This document shows, in pieces, positions 20,335 to 28,637 of a DNA stretch of 32,000 nt (position 1 is the stretch's first letter; every line of letters begins with the position of its first letter). The stretch lies in the NCBI RefSeq assembly GCF_025643275.1, contig NZ_CP089977.1, positions 2,010,001 through 2,042,000 of the forward strand, written 5' to 3'. The DNA is from Moraxella nasicaprae (lineage in GTDB: Bacteria; Pseudomonadota; Gammaproteobacteria; Pseudomonadales; Moraxellaceae). The translations under genes were made by a program, and so were the position numbers. The notes under the pieces were generated by a model, which was given only the letters and a program-made list of their open reading frames with translations, was not told the DNA's origin and did no database searches.

Positions 20335-23300
20335 GGCACCCCCACCACCATCATCGCTGACTCATCTGCCCCTAAAAATCTACAACCCATCATCTTAAAT
20401 ACCGCAAGCGGCATCACCTCTGTGAATATTGCCACCCCCAATGCTCGTGGCTTATCCAATAACCATTACAGCCAGTTTGATGTCGGTAGCACAGGTGCTG
20501 TATTAAATAACAACCGTAAAGCAGTGGGTACCCAAATCGCAGGCTTTGTGGCAGCCAACCCTTTTATGGCTCGTGGCGAAGCCTCTACCATCTTAAACCA
20601 AATCAATTCCAATAATCCAAGTCATTTAAATGGCTTTGTTGAAGTGGCAGGTAAAAAGGCAGATGTCATCATTGCCAATCCCAATGGTCTTATCATCAAT
20701 GGTGCTGGCTTTATCAATGCTGGTAATGTCCATCTGGCAGCAGCAAATGCCCAAGTAAAACAAGGGCAATTATCAGCTTATCAAGTCGGCAATGGTGATA
20801 CTGGCAATATTCAAGTCAATGGCAAATTAAACCTACAAGGCACCGATTATGCTGCTCTCATCGCTAAAACCGCCCAAATCAATGATGAAATTTATGCAGG
20901 AAAACAGCTGGATGTTATCCTAGGTGAAAACCAAGTCAATCTTCAAAACGGTGATTTTACCAAGCTTAATGCCACCAATAAACAAACCCATGTATCATCT
21001 GCTAGCCAAACCACCAATAAAGAACAACAAGGCGTTGCCTTAGATATTTCATCATTGGGCGGAATGTATGCAGGTAAAATCCACCTTGTCGGTACAGACA
21101 AAGGCTTTGGGGTCAATAACCAAGGGGTCATCACAGCAACCGGCAATGGACAACAACTTGGCACAGGTACACTCACGCTAGATAGTCAAGGCAATCTTGT
21201 CAATACAGGCACCATGTCTGCTAAAGATAAACTTGCCATCAACACCCATGATAACACCACTCAAAACGATGGCACCTTGTTAAGTGAACAAGCTGATATC
21301 GCCATCAATACCGCAAGTCTTAATAACACAGGTGCCATTCACAGCACCCAAACCACCAAGATTGCAGCCAAACAAGCGATTGAAAACCTTGGCAGTGTCT
21401 ATGGCGGTGTTTTGCAAGTGGATACGGATAAGCTTAATAACACCGGCCAGCTTATCCAAACTGGTACAGGTAAGCTTGATATCACCACCAATACACTGAC
21501 CAACTCCGATAAAGCGGTTATCGGTCAAAGCTTGTATGGACAAACCATCATACCCACACCTTCTACCCCAAGCAGCGATCAAAGTGCTGGTAGCATTAGC
21601 AATACTCCTATACAGACAAGCACAACAACAGGTAATATCGCCACAAACCCAAATACGCAGACTTTAAACAAACCATCCACCCCAAACGCTAACGGTCATA
21701 TTACTGCCAGTCAGTCTTTGACTAACACAGGCAATCAAGCACTCATCACTGCCACAGGTGACATCAGCATCAATGCTGATAAAACCCATAACACCAAGCA
21801 AGCATCGATTGATGCCGCCACTTTAAACACCAACACTCTTGTCAATACCGACAGTAAAATCGCCTTAGATGATATTAATTGGCAATTGACTCGCTTTGAT
21901 AACAGCAAAGGTAGTATCACTGCCAAAGATGGTATGGTGATTGGCAGTGAATCTGCCATCATCAACACAGGTGGCAGCTTAACAAGCGGTGGCGATATGA
22001 CACTTATCGCCAAAGACAGGATTATCAATCAAGACGGCACCATTACCGCGGTCAAACAAGCAGATATTACTGCCAAAGAGGTGCAAAACGGCGGCAGCAT
22101 CACGGCTGATACACTTACCATCACCCAACAAGCCGACTACGCCCACACAGATCAAGATAAGCTTGTTGCCAATCGCTTAGCGTTTACAACAAGTGGTAAG
22201 CTGATTAACCAAAGCCAATTAACCGCAGGTCATGATTTGACACTGAACGCCAAACACATTGACAACAGCCAAACAGGTATCATCACCAGCGGCAATCACA
22301 CACAGATTACTAGCCAAACAAACATCACCAACCAAGGCTTAATCAATGGTGAAAATACACTCATCAAAGCCAAAAACACCATCAACAATCTTGCCGGTGG
22401 TCGTATCTATGGCACGCATCTTGCAATACAGGCTGATACGCTAAATAATACGCCAGCAAAAGCTGTCAACCAACAAACCAATCAAGAAAATGACCATCAC
22501 ACCGCCCCTGTCATCGCAGCCAGAGGGCGTCTGGATATCGGTGTTAATCACTTAAACAACAACCCCAATCCAGATAGAGCAGGTAAATTTAATAAAAACT
22601 TTGACAGTCAAGCTTTAATCACAAGTCTTGGCAGTCTGCACATCGGTGGTAGCCTAGATGACAACCATCACGCCACAGGCAAAGCACAGACGGTTATCAA
22701 TAAAGGGGCAACCATAGAGTCTGGTGGACAGATGCAAATTGCCACCAGCACCTTACTAAATACCAATGCCGACTTTAAAAAGCATACGGTCAAAGTGGAA
22801 GCCGAATCCGTTTATGGACAAACACTTTACCGCAACCGTGAGCAATCTGGAGTGCCTGCCACCCAAAAAAGCACCAACATAGCCGATTTGGGCAAAAAGC
22901 CCATGGCAGGTTTATTTGACTGCCCTAAAGGCAGTGAATGTATTGTCAATTATGATCACAACTCCACCATTTGGTCATACTTTAAGATTGAACCACCCAA
23001 ACAGCCTGTTCCAAACATCAAAGCCAAAGACCTGTTAGATGAACCTGACTTACCAAAAGGCGAGACCACTCAAAGCTGTGCCTTGGCGGGTGCAAACAAT
23101 CAAGCCTGTGCCCAATACAACAAAGATCTGGCGAATTACACCAAGGTCATGGGGCCATTATTAAAATGGGAAGAAGATAATGCTGCCTCCATTGAGGCAC
23201 TGGAGCTTGCCATTCGGGAGCATAACCGCCAATTTAATAAAAATAAAAGCGATGTGGATTTGGCGTTAAACATCTACACCACCGATGAAGCATATTTAGG

Positions 23301-26300
23301 TCCAACCAGCCGTAAAGGTGCACCAGATGGTGCTTTGTATGTCAAAGATGTCAGTGGTAACTTTTATCGCCTCACTGAAGAGGTGGATGTCATTACCACT
23401 GACTTTGTCGTCTATGAAGATAAAACTCTATCTTCTGACCCTGCTCGTATGGTATCAGGAGAAAATCTTATCATCCATGGCGACACCTTAATTAACGATA
23501 AAAGCCAAATGAATGCGGGTAATGGCTTTGCAATCATTGGTGATACCGTGATTCAAACACCTGACAATGGCTTGCATGGTGAAAAAACCAAAGTCACCGA
23601 AAATGGTCGCTTTACCAGATATAGCGTATTTGCCTCAGGAATTAACCGCCACAAGCGCAAAGCAACTGGCGGTGGTAGCTTTACTCAATCCTTTGCACCA
23701 CTAGCAACGTATGAACTTCCCATCTTAAACGCTACCATCAATACCACACCAAGTAGCACCAAGATTGATGAGCTAGCCACAGGCAATGATACTTCTGTGA
23801 TTGTTGATGTTAAAGACAGTACCATCACCTTACCAACTTCAGCCCTCTACATCATCAACGCTGACAATCCCAATCTACCACTAATTCAAACCGACCCTGC
23901 ATTCACCAATTACAAACAGTGGCTCTCCTCTGATTATATGCTAAAAGCCCTACAATCAGACCCAAATCACATCCACAAACGCCTCTCTGATGGTTATGGT
24001 GAACAACAGCGTATTAAAGATCAGTACTATCTACTGACAGGCAGACACATCAACACTGATTACCGCAGTCATGAAGATGCTTATAAAACCTTGATGGATA
24101 ATGGCATCACGGCAGCCAAACAGTTTAACTACACACTTGGCACGGCACTCACGCCTGAGCAGATGGCAACTCTCACCACGGACATCGTTTGGCTTATCAA
24201 ACAGCCCATCACGGTTGTCACCAAAGACAAAGATGGCAATAGCATCAGCAAAACCCAAGACGCCTTAGTGCCTAAGCTGTATCTGCGTTCTGCCAATGCA
24301 GATACTGGCACACTGAGTCCTGATGGCAGATACAGTGCCGTCTCAGCCAGAAGCATTGACATGCAGCTGACTGGCAATCTTGACAATAATGGCAACATCA
24401 TTGCCAAAGACACCGCAAACATCAATGCAAACAATGTCACCAATGACGGCGGTGTTTATGGTAACTTTGTCGCTGTCACAGCAGATAACACCATTGCCAA
24501 TCATGGCACCATGTATGCAAACAGTGCCATGAGGCTAAGTGCTGGCAATAACATCATCAACCAAAGCCAAACAGCTACCCATCACAATAAACAAGGGCAA
24601 AGCGCTTCATCTAACACCGCCATCACACGCATCGCCACCATCCGTGTAAGCGATGGATTAAAAGACCAAACAGATGACAATGGCAATCCATTAACCACCC
24701 TAAGTCTGCGTGGCAATCAGATCATCTATCAAGGTGCCGCATCAGACAACGCAGGTGGTAGTACCCACATGACCGCCAAAAACGGCATTAACATCACCAC
24801 CATCACCACAAGCAATCACATCAATGCTGTCGCTGATGAGAATAACTACTTTAACTACAGCCAAAGCACCGATGTGGGTTCAACCATCACCAGTCATGGC
24901 AACTTAACGATAGCCACAACAGGCAAAGATGCTGACATCAACATCAAAGGTTCAAGCCTACAATCAGACGGCATGACTGCTGTTATTGGGACAGGCGACA
25001 TTAGCATCACCGAAGGTCGTGCTACCCAAAGCTTGGATACAGCAAGTAAATTTACCAACAAAGGACTTGTTAGCAAAAAAACCACTCAAACCGCCTATCA
25101 GATGGACAGCAATACCAGCATTCAAAGTACGGTGGGTGGTGAGACTGTACTGATGAAATCAGGTAGGAATATGCAGGTTGTGACAACCAATGTACTTGCC
25201 GACAAAGACATTCTGCTTGCCTCAGGTGGCAATATGACCATTGCCAGTGCTGCTAATACACAAAGTATGCACGAATATTCACAGGTGGATAAAAAAGGCT
25301 TATTTACCACTTCGCCAACTTCTGCCACATTGGGTAAACAACGCACTCAAAATCAAGCAGATGCCATGCAGACCACCTATACAGGCTCGCTGATTGGTAC
25401 TACAGGAGGTAATGTTCGCCTAGTAAGTAATGACAGTCTTGCCATCACCAATAGCGATGTCATTGCCAAAAAAGATGGTGCCAACACCAATACAGGCAAT
25501 ATCTACATCCAAGCCACTGATGCCACCATCCAAAGCCAAAACACCATCAGCAACAACAGCCATCGCTTTGCCCAAAAAACCACAGGAGTGACTGCCAGCG
25601 TCTCTAGCAGTCTTGTTAGCGAGGTTCAAAGCCTAGAAACGCTAAAAGAGTCTGTTAATGACACCGACTCTCGCAAAGCTAAATTGGCTGGCACTTTAGC
25701 GGCAGCTTCCAAGGTTAAAACGCTTATCAATAACCTAAACAATAAAGACTTGGGTAGTCTAAGGGCTCAAGCCACTATTGGCTCACAAAGCACCAAGAGC
25801 CAAACCACAAGCCATCAAGAAACTAATGATGCTGCTAACCTTTTGGCTCAAAATAATCTGATCGTCAACCTTAAAGGCAAAGGTGCGGATTCGGATTTGA
25901 CTGTCATAGGTAGCAATCTTACAGTGGGCAACAACTTCTACCAATCGGTAGAAGGCGATGTCATCTACCAGGCCTCAACACAAACTGATACCACAAACAG
26001 CCAAAACAGCAGTAAAGGTTGGGGCGTGGGTATCTATGCCAGCACTCAGATAGGTGGTGGTCAATCCAATCACGGCTTTACCATCAATGCCAACAAAGCA
26101 AAAGGCAATAGTACTGAAACAACCACCACCCACACCAATACCCAAGTCACTGTTGGCGGTACAACCATCAATGACATTGGTGGCAATCTTATCCTAGATG
26201 GTGCCAATCTTGATACCAAGCACCTAACTGGTACAGTTGGCGGTGATTTGATTGTCAAAAGCCGTCAAGACACCTATCAATACACCCATGATCAAAAACA

Positions 26301-28035
26301 AGCAGGATTTAGTGCCGATGTTGGCTTTAATGGCAAACCCCAAAGCATAAGCATCAATGGTGGTAAAACCGATGTAGATGCCGATTATGCCCAAGTCACC
26401 CGCCAATCAGGCATCAAAGCCAAAGAGTCCACCCTAATCGTACAAGGACAAGGTAAGTTTACTGGTGGCTATCTCATCACCGATGCCGGTAAAAACCAAA
26501 CCCAGTTTGCCCAAGGTATCCAAACCCAAGACATTCACAACCATCTAGATTATGAAGGTGATGCCATCAGTGTCGGCATTGGTATTGGTGTAGACACCAG
26601 CAATCCAAATGGCAAAGCAAAACCTGCCCTACAAGGCCTAGGCTATGGTAAAATAGACCCAACTCATAAAACCAGTACCACCCATTCTGCCATCACAGAC
26701 CAAGCAGGGCTTAGCCATATTAATACAGACAACTTCAAACAAGCAGAAGTTCAACATGAGCTTAACCAAATCATCACCAATGATTTTAATAAAGAGCAAG
26801 TGCTTAAAGAGTTAAATGCTCAGGTGAATATTACTACTGAGTTTGGGAGAGAAGCTCCAAAAAGAGTGGCGGAGTTTGCCGACAACCAAGCCTTTAAACT
26901 TATTCAAAAGCTAGATGAACTTAATGATAAAAACATTGACATTGCTTCTGATGAGTATCAAAATACCATCAAAGAGATTGATAAGTGGAGCGAAGGTGGG
27001 GTTTATCGTGTGGCGTTGCATACGGCTGTTGGTGCTTTGGGGACAGGCACTATCGAAGGAGCAATATCAGCAGGTGCAACCGCCTACACCATTCCAAAGA
27101 TAGACGAATACCTAAAAGAACAAGGCTTTGATGAAACCACAAGACAAACCGCCTTGCTTACCTTATCAGCAGGCATTGGTGCGACTGTTGGTGGCGATAC
27201 TGCAAGCACTGCCAATAATGCTGGGCAGGTGCAGTGGAATTATTTGAGTCATAAGGAGAACGAAAGATTGAGAGAATTAAAAAAAGAGAAAGCTGGACTA
27301 TCTAACGCCTACGGCAATTGTGTATCTCAAAGATGTGCAGAAATTACACGAGAAATAAAAGTGCTTGAAGATCTCAGTAAACAACGAGATAAGGCGTTTG
27401 ATAAAGCTTATACAGACTGCCGTGCAGGCAAGGATTGTAATCAGTTTTATTATTTGCATGTCATTCAAAGAAGAGACTGGAATAAGGATGCAGAAGAATT
27501 ATTTAAGGTAAATCGCAGTGATTGGAAGCTGATGGAGGATTATCAAAATGCCTTTCACAACTACAATGCAAATGGCATTCCAGAAAAATTACCTAATGGT
27601 AACTACCGATACAAAAAATTTGTTCACAATAACGGGCAAATGGAAATAATTATTGATACAAAAGACGGTATTTTAAGTGATGATGACTACACTAGAATTG
27701 TAAGAGATCCAACCAATGCTGGAACATTTAATTATTACGCCCCCAGTGATGCTAGTGGTCATAAATTATATGATGTAGATCCGTATACAAACTTTGGGAA
27801 TGGTAAGGGCGACAAAACAACTCTATCAAACAGAAAAAATGTCATGCTACGCCTACCAGTCCCCTATACAAATTACACAGTTCCAATTGGAACTTCTGGT
27901 TTTTGGACAGGAAATCTACCAGGAAAAACCACAAACCCAAAAACAATGGGGGCAAATAGAATAACAAATAATGCCGAACGTAGCTTTAACGCATCACAAG
28001 ATTTTTGTGAGAATAATAAGGAGGATTGCAAATGA
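20149..28035 (+). CDS. cdiA: CdiA/TpsA filamentous-hemagglutinin-type exoprotein with a C-terminal polymorphic toxin (2628 aa)
   Basis: Extended signal peptide MNRIYKTVFNKSTQTWMAVCEYARR...ALQSAHA. The TPS domain has NNHYSQFDV and ANPNGLIING (NPNG at 20677-20688). Long FHA-type beta-helix repeats follow. A conserved central block reads HKRLSDGYGEQQRIKDQYYLLTG...LTTDIVWL...VPKLYL. The pretoxin region ends in VQWN (27229-27240), followed by a 264-aa variable C-terminus. Confidence 0.95.
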   Translation: MNRIYKTVFNKSTQTWMAVCEYARRVGCGGASSTSKSAARGVAGSITFLSFAVLMALQSAHAGTPTTIIADSSAPKNLQPIILNTASGITSVNIATPNARGLSNNHYSQFDVGSTGAVLNNNRKAVGTQIAGFVAANPFMARGEASTILNQINSNNPSHLNGFVEVAGKKADVIIANPNGLIINGAGFINAGNVHLAAANAQVKQGQLSAYQVGNGDTGNIQVNGKLNLQGTDYAALIAKTAQINDEIYAGKQLDVILGENQVNLQNGDFTKLNATNKQTHVSSASQTTNKEQQGVALDISSLGGMYAGKIHLVGTDKGFGVNNQGVITATGNGQQLGTGTLTLDSQGNLVNTGTMSAKDKLAINTHDNTTQNDGTLLSEQADIAINTASLNNTGAIHSTQTTKIAAKQAIENLGSVYGGVLQVDTDKLNNTGQLIQTGTGKLDITTNTLTNSDKAVIGQSLYGQTIIPTPSTPSSDQSAGSISNTPIQTSTTTGNIATNPNTQTLNKPSTPNANGHITASQSLTNTGNQALITATGDISINADKTHNTKQASIDAATLNTNTLVNTDSKIALDDINWQLTRFDNSKGSITAKDGMVIGSESAIINTGGSLTSGGDMTLIAKDRIINQDGTITAVKQADITAKEVQNGGSITADTLTITQQADYAHTDQDKLVANRLAFTTSGKLINQSQLTAGHDLTLNAKHIDNSQTGIITSGNHTQITSQTNITNQGLINGENTLIKAKNTINNLAGGRIYGTHLAIQADTLNNTPAKAVNQQTNQENDHHTAPVIAARGRLDIGVNHLNNNPNPDRAGKFNKNFDSQALITSLGSLHIGGSLDDNHHATGKAQTVINKGATIESGGQMQIATSTLLNTNADFKKHTVKVEAESVYGQTLYRNREQSGVPATQKSTNIADLGKKPMAGLFDCPKGSECIVNYDHNSTIWSYFKIEPPKQPVPNIKAKDLLDEPDLPKGETTQSCALAGANNQACAQYNKDLANYTKVMGPLLKWEEDNAASIEALELAIREHNRQFNKNKSDVDLALNIYTTDEAYLGPTSRKGAPDGALYVKDVSGNFYRLTEEVDVITTDFVVYEDKTLSSDPARMVSGENLIIHGDTLINDKSQMNAGNGFAIIGDTVIQTPDNGLHGEKTKVTENGRFTRYSVFASGINRHKRKATGGGSFTQSFAPLATYELPILNATINTTPSSTKIDELATGNDTSVIVDVKDSTITLPTSALYIINADNPNLPLIQTDPAFTNYKQWLSSDYMLKALQSDPNHIHKRLSDGYGEQQRIKDQYYLLTGRHINTDYRSHEDAYKTLMDNGITAAKQFNYTLGTALTPEQMATLTTDIVWLIKQPITVVTKDKDGNSISKTQDALVPKLYLRSANADTGTLSPDGRYSAVSARSIDMQLTGNLDNNGNIIAKDTANINANNVTNDGGVYGNFVAVTADNTIANHGTMYANSAMRLSAGNNIINQSQTATHHNKQGQSASSNTAITRIATIRVSDGLKDQTDDNGNPLTTLSLRGNQIIYQGAASDNAGGSTHMTAKNGINITTITTSNHINAVADENNYFNYSQSTDVGSTITSHGNLTIATTGKDADINIKGSSLQSDGMTAVIGTGDISITEGRATQSLDTASKFTNKGLVSKKTTQTAYQMDSNTSIQSTVGGETVLMKSGRNMQVVTTNVLADKDILLASGGNMTIASAANTQSMHEYSQVDKKGLFTTSPTSATLGKQRTQNQADAMQTTYTGSLIGTTGGNVRLVSNDSLAITNSDVIAKKDGANTNTGNIYIQATDATIQSQNTISNNSHRFAQKTTGVTASVSSSLVSEVQSLETLKESVNDTDSRKAKLAGTLAAASKVKTLINNLNNKDLGSLRAQATIGSQSTKSQTTSHQETNDAANLLAQNNLIVNLKGKGADSDLTVIGSNLTVGNNFYQSVEGDVIYQASTQTDTTNSQNSSKGWGVGIYASTQIGGGQSNHGFTINANKAKGNSTETTTTHTNTQVTVGGTTINDIGGNLILDGANLDTKHLTGTVGGDLIVKSRQDTYQYTHDQKQAGFSADVGFNGKPQSISINGGKTDVDADYAQVTRQSGIKAKESTLIVQGQGKFTGGYLITDAGKNQTQFAQGIQTQDIHNHLDYEGDAISVGIGIGVDTSNPNGKAKPALQGLGYGKIDPTHKTSTTHSAITDQAGLSHINTDNFKQAEVQHELNQIITNDFNKEQVLKELNAQVNITTEFGREAPKRVAEFADNQAFKLIQKLDELNDKNIDIASDEYQNTIKEIDKWSEGGVYRVALHTAVGALGTGTIEGAISAGATAYTIPKIDEYLKEQGFDETTRQTALLTLSAGIGATVGGDTASTANNAGQVQWNYLSHKENERLRELKKEKAGLSNAYGNCVSQRCAEITREIKVLEDLSKQRDKAFDKAYTDCRAGKDCNQFYYLHVIQRRDWNKDAEELFKVNRSDWKLMEDYQNAFHNYNANGIPEKLPNGNYRYKKFVHNNGQMEIIIDTKDGILSDDDYTRIVRDPTNAGTFNYYAPSDASGHKLYDVDPYTNFGNGKGDKTTLSNRKNVMLRLPVPYTNYTVPIGTSGFWTGNLPGKTTNPKTMGANRITNNAERSFNASQDFCENNKEDCK
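25990..26835 (+). repeat. Direct repeat copy 1 (846 bp), inside cdiA
   Basis: Matches 29384-30229 at an offset of 3394 bp. The encoded 282 aa are identical in both supplied translations. The antisense track ORFs 26070..26258 / 29464..29652 and 26224..26406 / 29618..29800 are also identical. Identity starts at a25990/a29384 (the preceding bases t and c differ) and ends at t26835/t30229 (the next bases a and c differ). Confidence 0.95.
27241..28032 (+). other. CdiA-CT toxin region of the primary cdiA (264 aa after VQWN); no family assigned
   Basis: Begins YLSHKENERLRELKKEK, immediately after the VQWN motif that occupies the VENN position. Contains six Cys (NCVSQRC, TDCRAGKDC, FCENNKEDC). I recognise no catalytic motif. 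Confidence 0.7.
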
Positions 28036-28133
28036 GAAGTAGTAAAGTATTTTTTTTACTAATCTGTATCTTTTTATTTGTTTTGATTGTATATAATATA
28101 TTATCAAATCATGTAATTAGAACTTTTTATTAA
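28032..28133 (+). CDS. Micro-ORF 1: 33-aa single-pass membrane peptide, candidate cognate immunity (cdiI) for the primary toxin
   Basis: The ATG overlaps the cdiA TGA (ATGA at 28032-28035). A strong AAGGAGG Shine-Dalgarno at 28018-28024 sits 7 nt upstream. My translation is MRSSKVFFLLICIFLFVLIVYNILSNHVIRTFY. The ORF is below the 60-aa cutoff of the track. Confidence 0.5.
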   Translation: MRSSKVFFLLICIFLFVLIVYNILSNHVIRTFY

Positions 28134-28156
28134 ATAGTACTACTGCTGTCAATTAA

Positions 28157-28240
28157 GGAATCAAAATTGCCCATGATTCTTTTGACGAATCTGAAAAATT
28201 ATGTGAAGCAAATAAGAGTAATTGTTATCATGAAAAATAA
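28157..28240 (+). pseudogene. Fossil 3' tail of a homologous cdiA-CT (module 2)
   Basis: My translation GIKIAHDSFDESEKLCEANKSNCYHEK* aligns with the primary toxin tail GANRITNNAERSFNASQDFCENNKEDCK* (A-x2-SF-x2-S-x3-CE-x-NK-x2-C). There is a stop immediately upstream and no start codon. Confidence 0.6.
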
Positions 28241-28343
28241 TTTATTTTTTATTTTTTTGTTTTTTGTTTTTATTCTGTTAATTATTTTTTCAAAGACTAT
28301 TATTGCTTATTTCTTAGTTTCATTTGGGTATGTTACTGTTTGA
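28230..28343 (+). CDS. Micro-ORF 2: 37-aa single-pass membrane peptide (orphan immunity candidate)
   Basis: The ATG at 28230 overlaps the end of fossil tail 2, the same arrangement as micro-ORF 1 with cdiA. My translation is MKNNLFFIFLFFVFILLIIFSKTIIAYFLVSFGYVTV. The Shine-Dalgarno is weak. Confidence 0.4.
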   Translation: MKNNLFFIFLFFVFILLIIFSKTIIAYFLVSFGYVTV

Positions 28344-28405
28344 TTTTACCTCTACATGATTCACATTAATAATCAAAAGTGTTTTCGAAATTAATGTTAA
28401 TATAG

Positions 28406-28546
28406 ATTTTATCAAAAACAGGAAAACCGCAGGCAATAGGGGCGGGTAGAATTATTAGTGAAAAATAAGACAAGCTAAAAAATAAGTTTGATAAGTCTCA
28501 AAAAATTTGTGAGAATGATTATGTTCGATGTGAAGAAAATGATTAG
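28406..28546 (+). pseudogene. Fossil 3' tail of a homologous cdiA-CT (module 3), with an internal stop
   Basis: My translation ILSKTGKPQAIGAGRIISEK*DKLKNKFDKSQKICENDYVRCEEND* aligns with the primary tail PGKTTNPKTMGANRITNNAERSFNASQDFCENNKEDCK*. There is an in-frame TAA at 28466-28468. Confidence 0.6.
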
Positions 28547-28637
28547 ATATTTTTGCATTGCTTTTGCAATCGGTGGGGTTTTATGGATCATACTTTACTC
28601 TTTAGCTGTGATAGGATTACTACATAGCAACTTATGA
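28539..28637 (+). CDS. Micro-ORF 3: 32-aa single-pass membrane peptide (40 aa if started at 28515), orphan immunity candidate
   Basis: The ATG at 28539 overlaps the end of fossil tail 3. My translation is MIRYFCIAFAIGGVLWIILYSLAVIGLLHSNL. In-frame upstream ATGs lie at 28515 and 28521. Its TGA overlaps the ATG of the next ORF (ATGA at 28634-28637). Confidence 0.4.
   Translation: MIRYFCIAFAIGGVLWIILYSLAVIGLLHSNL

Noticed and set aside
20943-26406. Many antisense 60-100 aa ORFs inside cdiA (for example 20943..21176, 21280..21582, 21735..22028, 24129..24443, 26070..26258)
   Set aside because: They are fully embedded in a 7.9-kb gene with strong family signatures. They are typical shadow ORFs of a repetitive, codon-biased gene, with no RBS or motif support.
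28050-28270. Homopolymeric T tracts (T8 at 28050-28057; T6-T7 runs at 28241-28270) as phase-variation switches in the micro-ORFs
   Set aside because: The runs follow from Phe/Leu-rich codons in extremely AT-rich DNA and are short for efficient slippage. Without population data this is not supportable.
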